Below the pieces are notes generated by a model. The model was not told the origin of the DNA and did not search any database. It saw only the letters and a list, made by a program, of their open reading frames with translations. A stretch of 63,917 nt of DNA, counting the filler, from Octopus bimaculoides (Eukaryota): the NCBI RefSeq assembly GCF_001194135.2. It is 6 parts of 5 records of this genome, joined end to end, with 100 filler letters (N's around TTAATTAATTAA, not from the genome) between each part and the next. Parts side by side here need not be neighbours in the genome. Positions count along the whole stretch, not along the records: positions 62,007 to 63,917 come from NC_068982.1; 5 more parts are not named here. The stretch is one strand, 5' to 3'. Shown here one piece after another: positions 62,381-63,917 of this stretch; within the stretch, counting starts at the first letter, position 1; the number at the start of each line of letters is the position of its first letter. A program made the translations under genes and the position numbers.

Positions 62381-63297
62381 TCTGTTCGAATTGATTTCAT
62401 ATTCAGTGTAATGATATACTTTTATATGCTAATCAATGCCAGGAAAATCATTTTCGCCATAAATCAACAAATAAAGAGTTATTAGCTTTTAAGGTTTGAA
62501 AACTCTGGGTAATTTTAGCCAATCGTAAGCCACAGAACATTCATGCCTGTTTCTATAGTAACAAACCAACGATGAGAACTCTTGTCTGCCAGAAAGCACA
62601 TGTTGACTCAATATATTCAAGTTACTGAGATGGTTATCATATGTTCTAAAGCTGTGCAATGGCTCATCCCTAGTTCTTCAACACAAAACTGGACTGAAGT
62701 CAATTCCTTAATCCATGAGAAAAGGAAAAACACTACAGTCCTAAGAGGAAGGGTGCCACCTTCAAACTGTGTCTTTCCTCACTGACACAGACTCCATACA
62801 TCTTTGGCGCATGCATCGCCAATAGATATTCCTACCATGTTTTCTTATACTCATAAAATGTTTCTTCGTTTTGCATAATTTTCTTTTGAACTAACTACCC
62901 ACATAGCAGCTTTTTACGTTTGACTGCCCATTTGGGTTCCTTGTTTGATGGTTGGATCCATTTAGTTTTACTTGGACTGCCTACATCTTTAACATGATGG
63001 ACTGACCTGGTGTTTGTTCGTTACGTATAAAATGGGGAGTTCTGGCTCATTAAGTCTCCAGGGAGGAGAGTTACGTTACGAGCAACCAGGGACTTTAAAA
63101 ACAATGTTGATTTCAGTTTGCAGTTTGAGCAGACTTCAAGCCAGAATCTTTGAAGCTAAGCTTATCATTTCTACCAACTTTTGAATAGAAGTAACCAGAA
63201 TTATTGTGACACTGTATTCAGGTTTTTCTTTAACCTATAGGAAAGTTGGTTATACATCATTAGATGTATACCTGACTTTCCTATATAAAATTAAAAA

Positions 63298-63642
63298 TAT
63301 ATAACGGAACGCTGAACTCCGGACTATCAACTTAAACAACATTTATTCAGGTGGTAAATATATACATCTTTAGCTCTTGTTGTTACAGCTTCTGTGTGTG
63401 TGAGCATAGTTGTTGGGATGTTGTTATGTAGATGTGAGCAAGCTGTCGAGCGTAGTTTGAAAGATGGAGAGTGACAGCTATACACGTAAAGAGACTGTCT
63501 CCAGGTTGGAATGTTGGAGACACTGCTTGACATGTCCATGCTCATGGTCGGCCGACCGAGAAAGAGATAGAATTAAGCGGGAAAGCTTGCTTGTTTAATT
63601 CCACGCATGCGTGAGACTACGCATGCGCACGGCGTTACTACA
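63298..63642 (-). mobile_element. Possible solo LTR (~345 bp)
   Basis: Minus strand begins TGTAGTAACG and ends CGTTATATA (decayed terminal inverted repeat), with AATAAA ~45 nt from the end (63342-63347). No TSD found. Confidence 0.35.
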
Positions 63643-63917
63643 GGGCTCCCTTGCCAGTGCGAAAACGCACGATATGAAATCTGTTAGAACGCCTGAGGCA
63701 GGATGGCCACTGAAAACCACCCACAAGATGTAGCGCAAAACACACACAAAGAAAAATTAAAGAAATGAATGTACACTTGTGAAATACATGCATGCAATGT
63801 ATAAATGAAATGACAATGACAAAACAACCGTGATGACAACTGTCCAGGAAACTGGAATCACGCGATGTAAAAGTCTGATTGTTTGTTTTCCCTGAAAGGA
63901 AAGTAAATATATGAGTG

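Noticed and set aside
1-63917. CRISPR arrays, rRNA genes, operons or prokaryotic defence systems
   Set aside because: No regularly spaced repeat-spacer array, rRNA-like sequence or dense ORF packing; the DNA is eukaryotic repeat-rich sequence.

Overview
AT-rich, microsatellite- and gap-riddled eukaryotic draft-genome DNA. It most likely comes from an octopus; that is an inference from recalled SINE families and repeat content, not a database result. No complete protein-coding gene is present, and most listed ORFs are artefacts of N-runs or simple repeats. The window is intronic or intergenic sequence densely filled with mobile elements: several tRNA-headed SINE families (in-house labels A-E), L1/Tx1-like LINEs (one of about 4.6 kb with ORF1, APE and RT), R4/Dong-like RLE LINEs next to (AAT)n, CR1- and RTE-like fragments, Tc1/mariner remnants, a MITE and a Gypsy gag remnant. 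Two exon-like segments lie on opposite strands. The best leads are two minimal type I hammerhead ribozyme motifs inside fold-back insertions. One (57967-58343) is a 377-bp unit made of an inverted arm, a tRNA-like Pol III head, an (AAT)n spacer and a hammerhead tail, flanked by a 13-bp target-site duplication. It looks like a Penelope-mobilised, ribozyme-bearing SINE.
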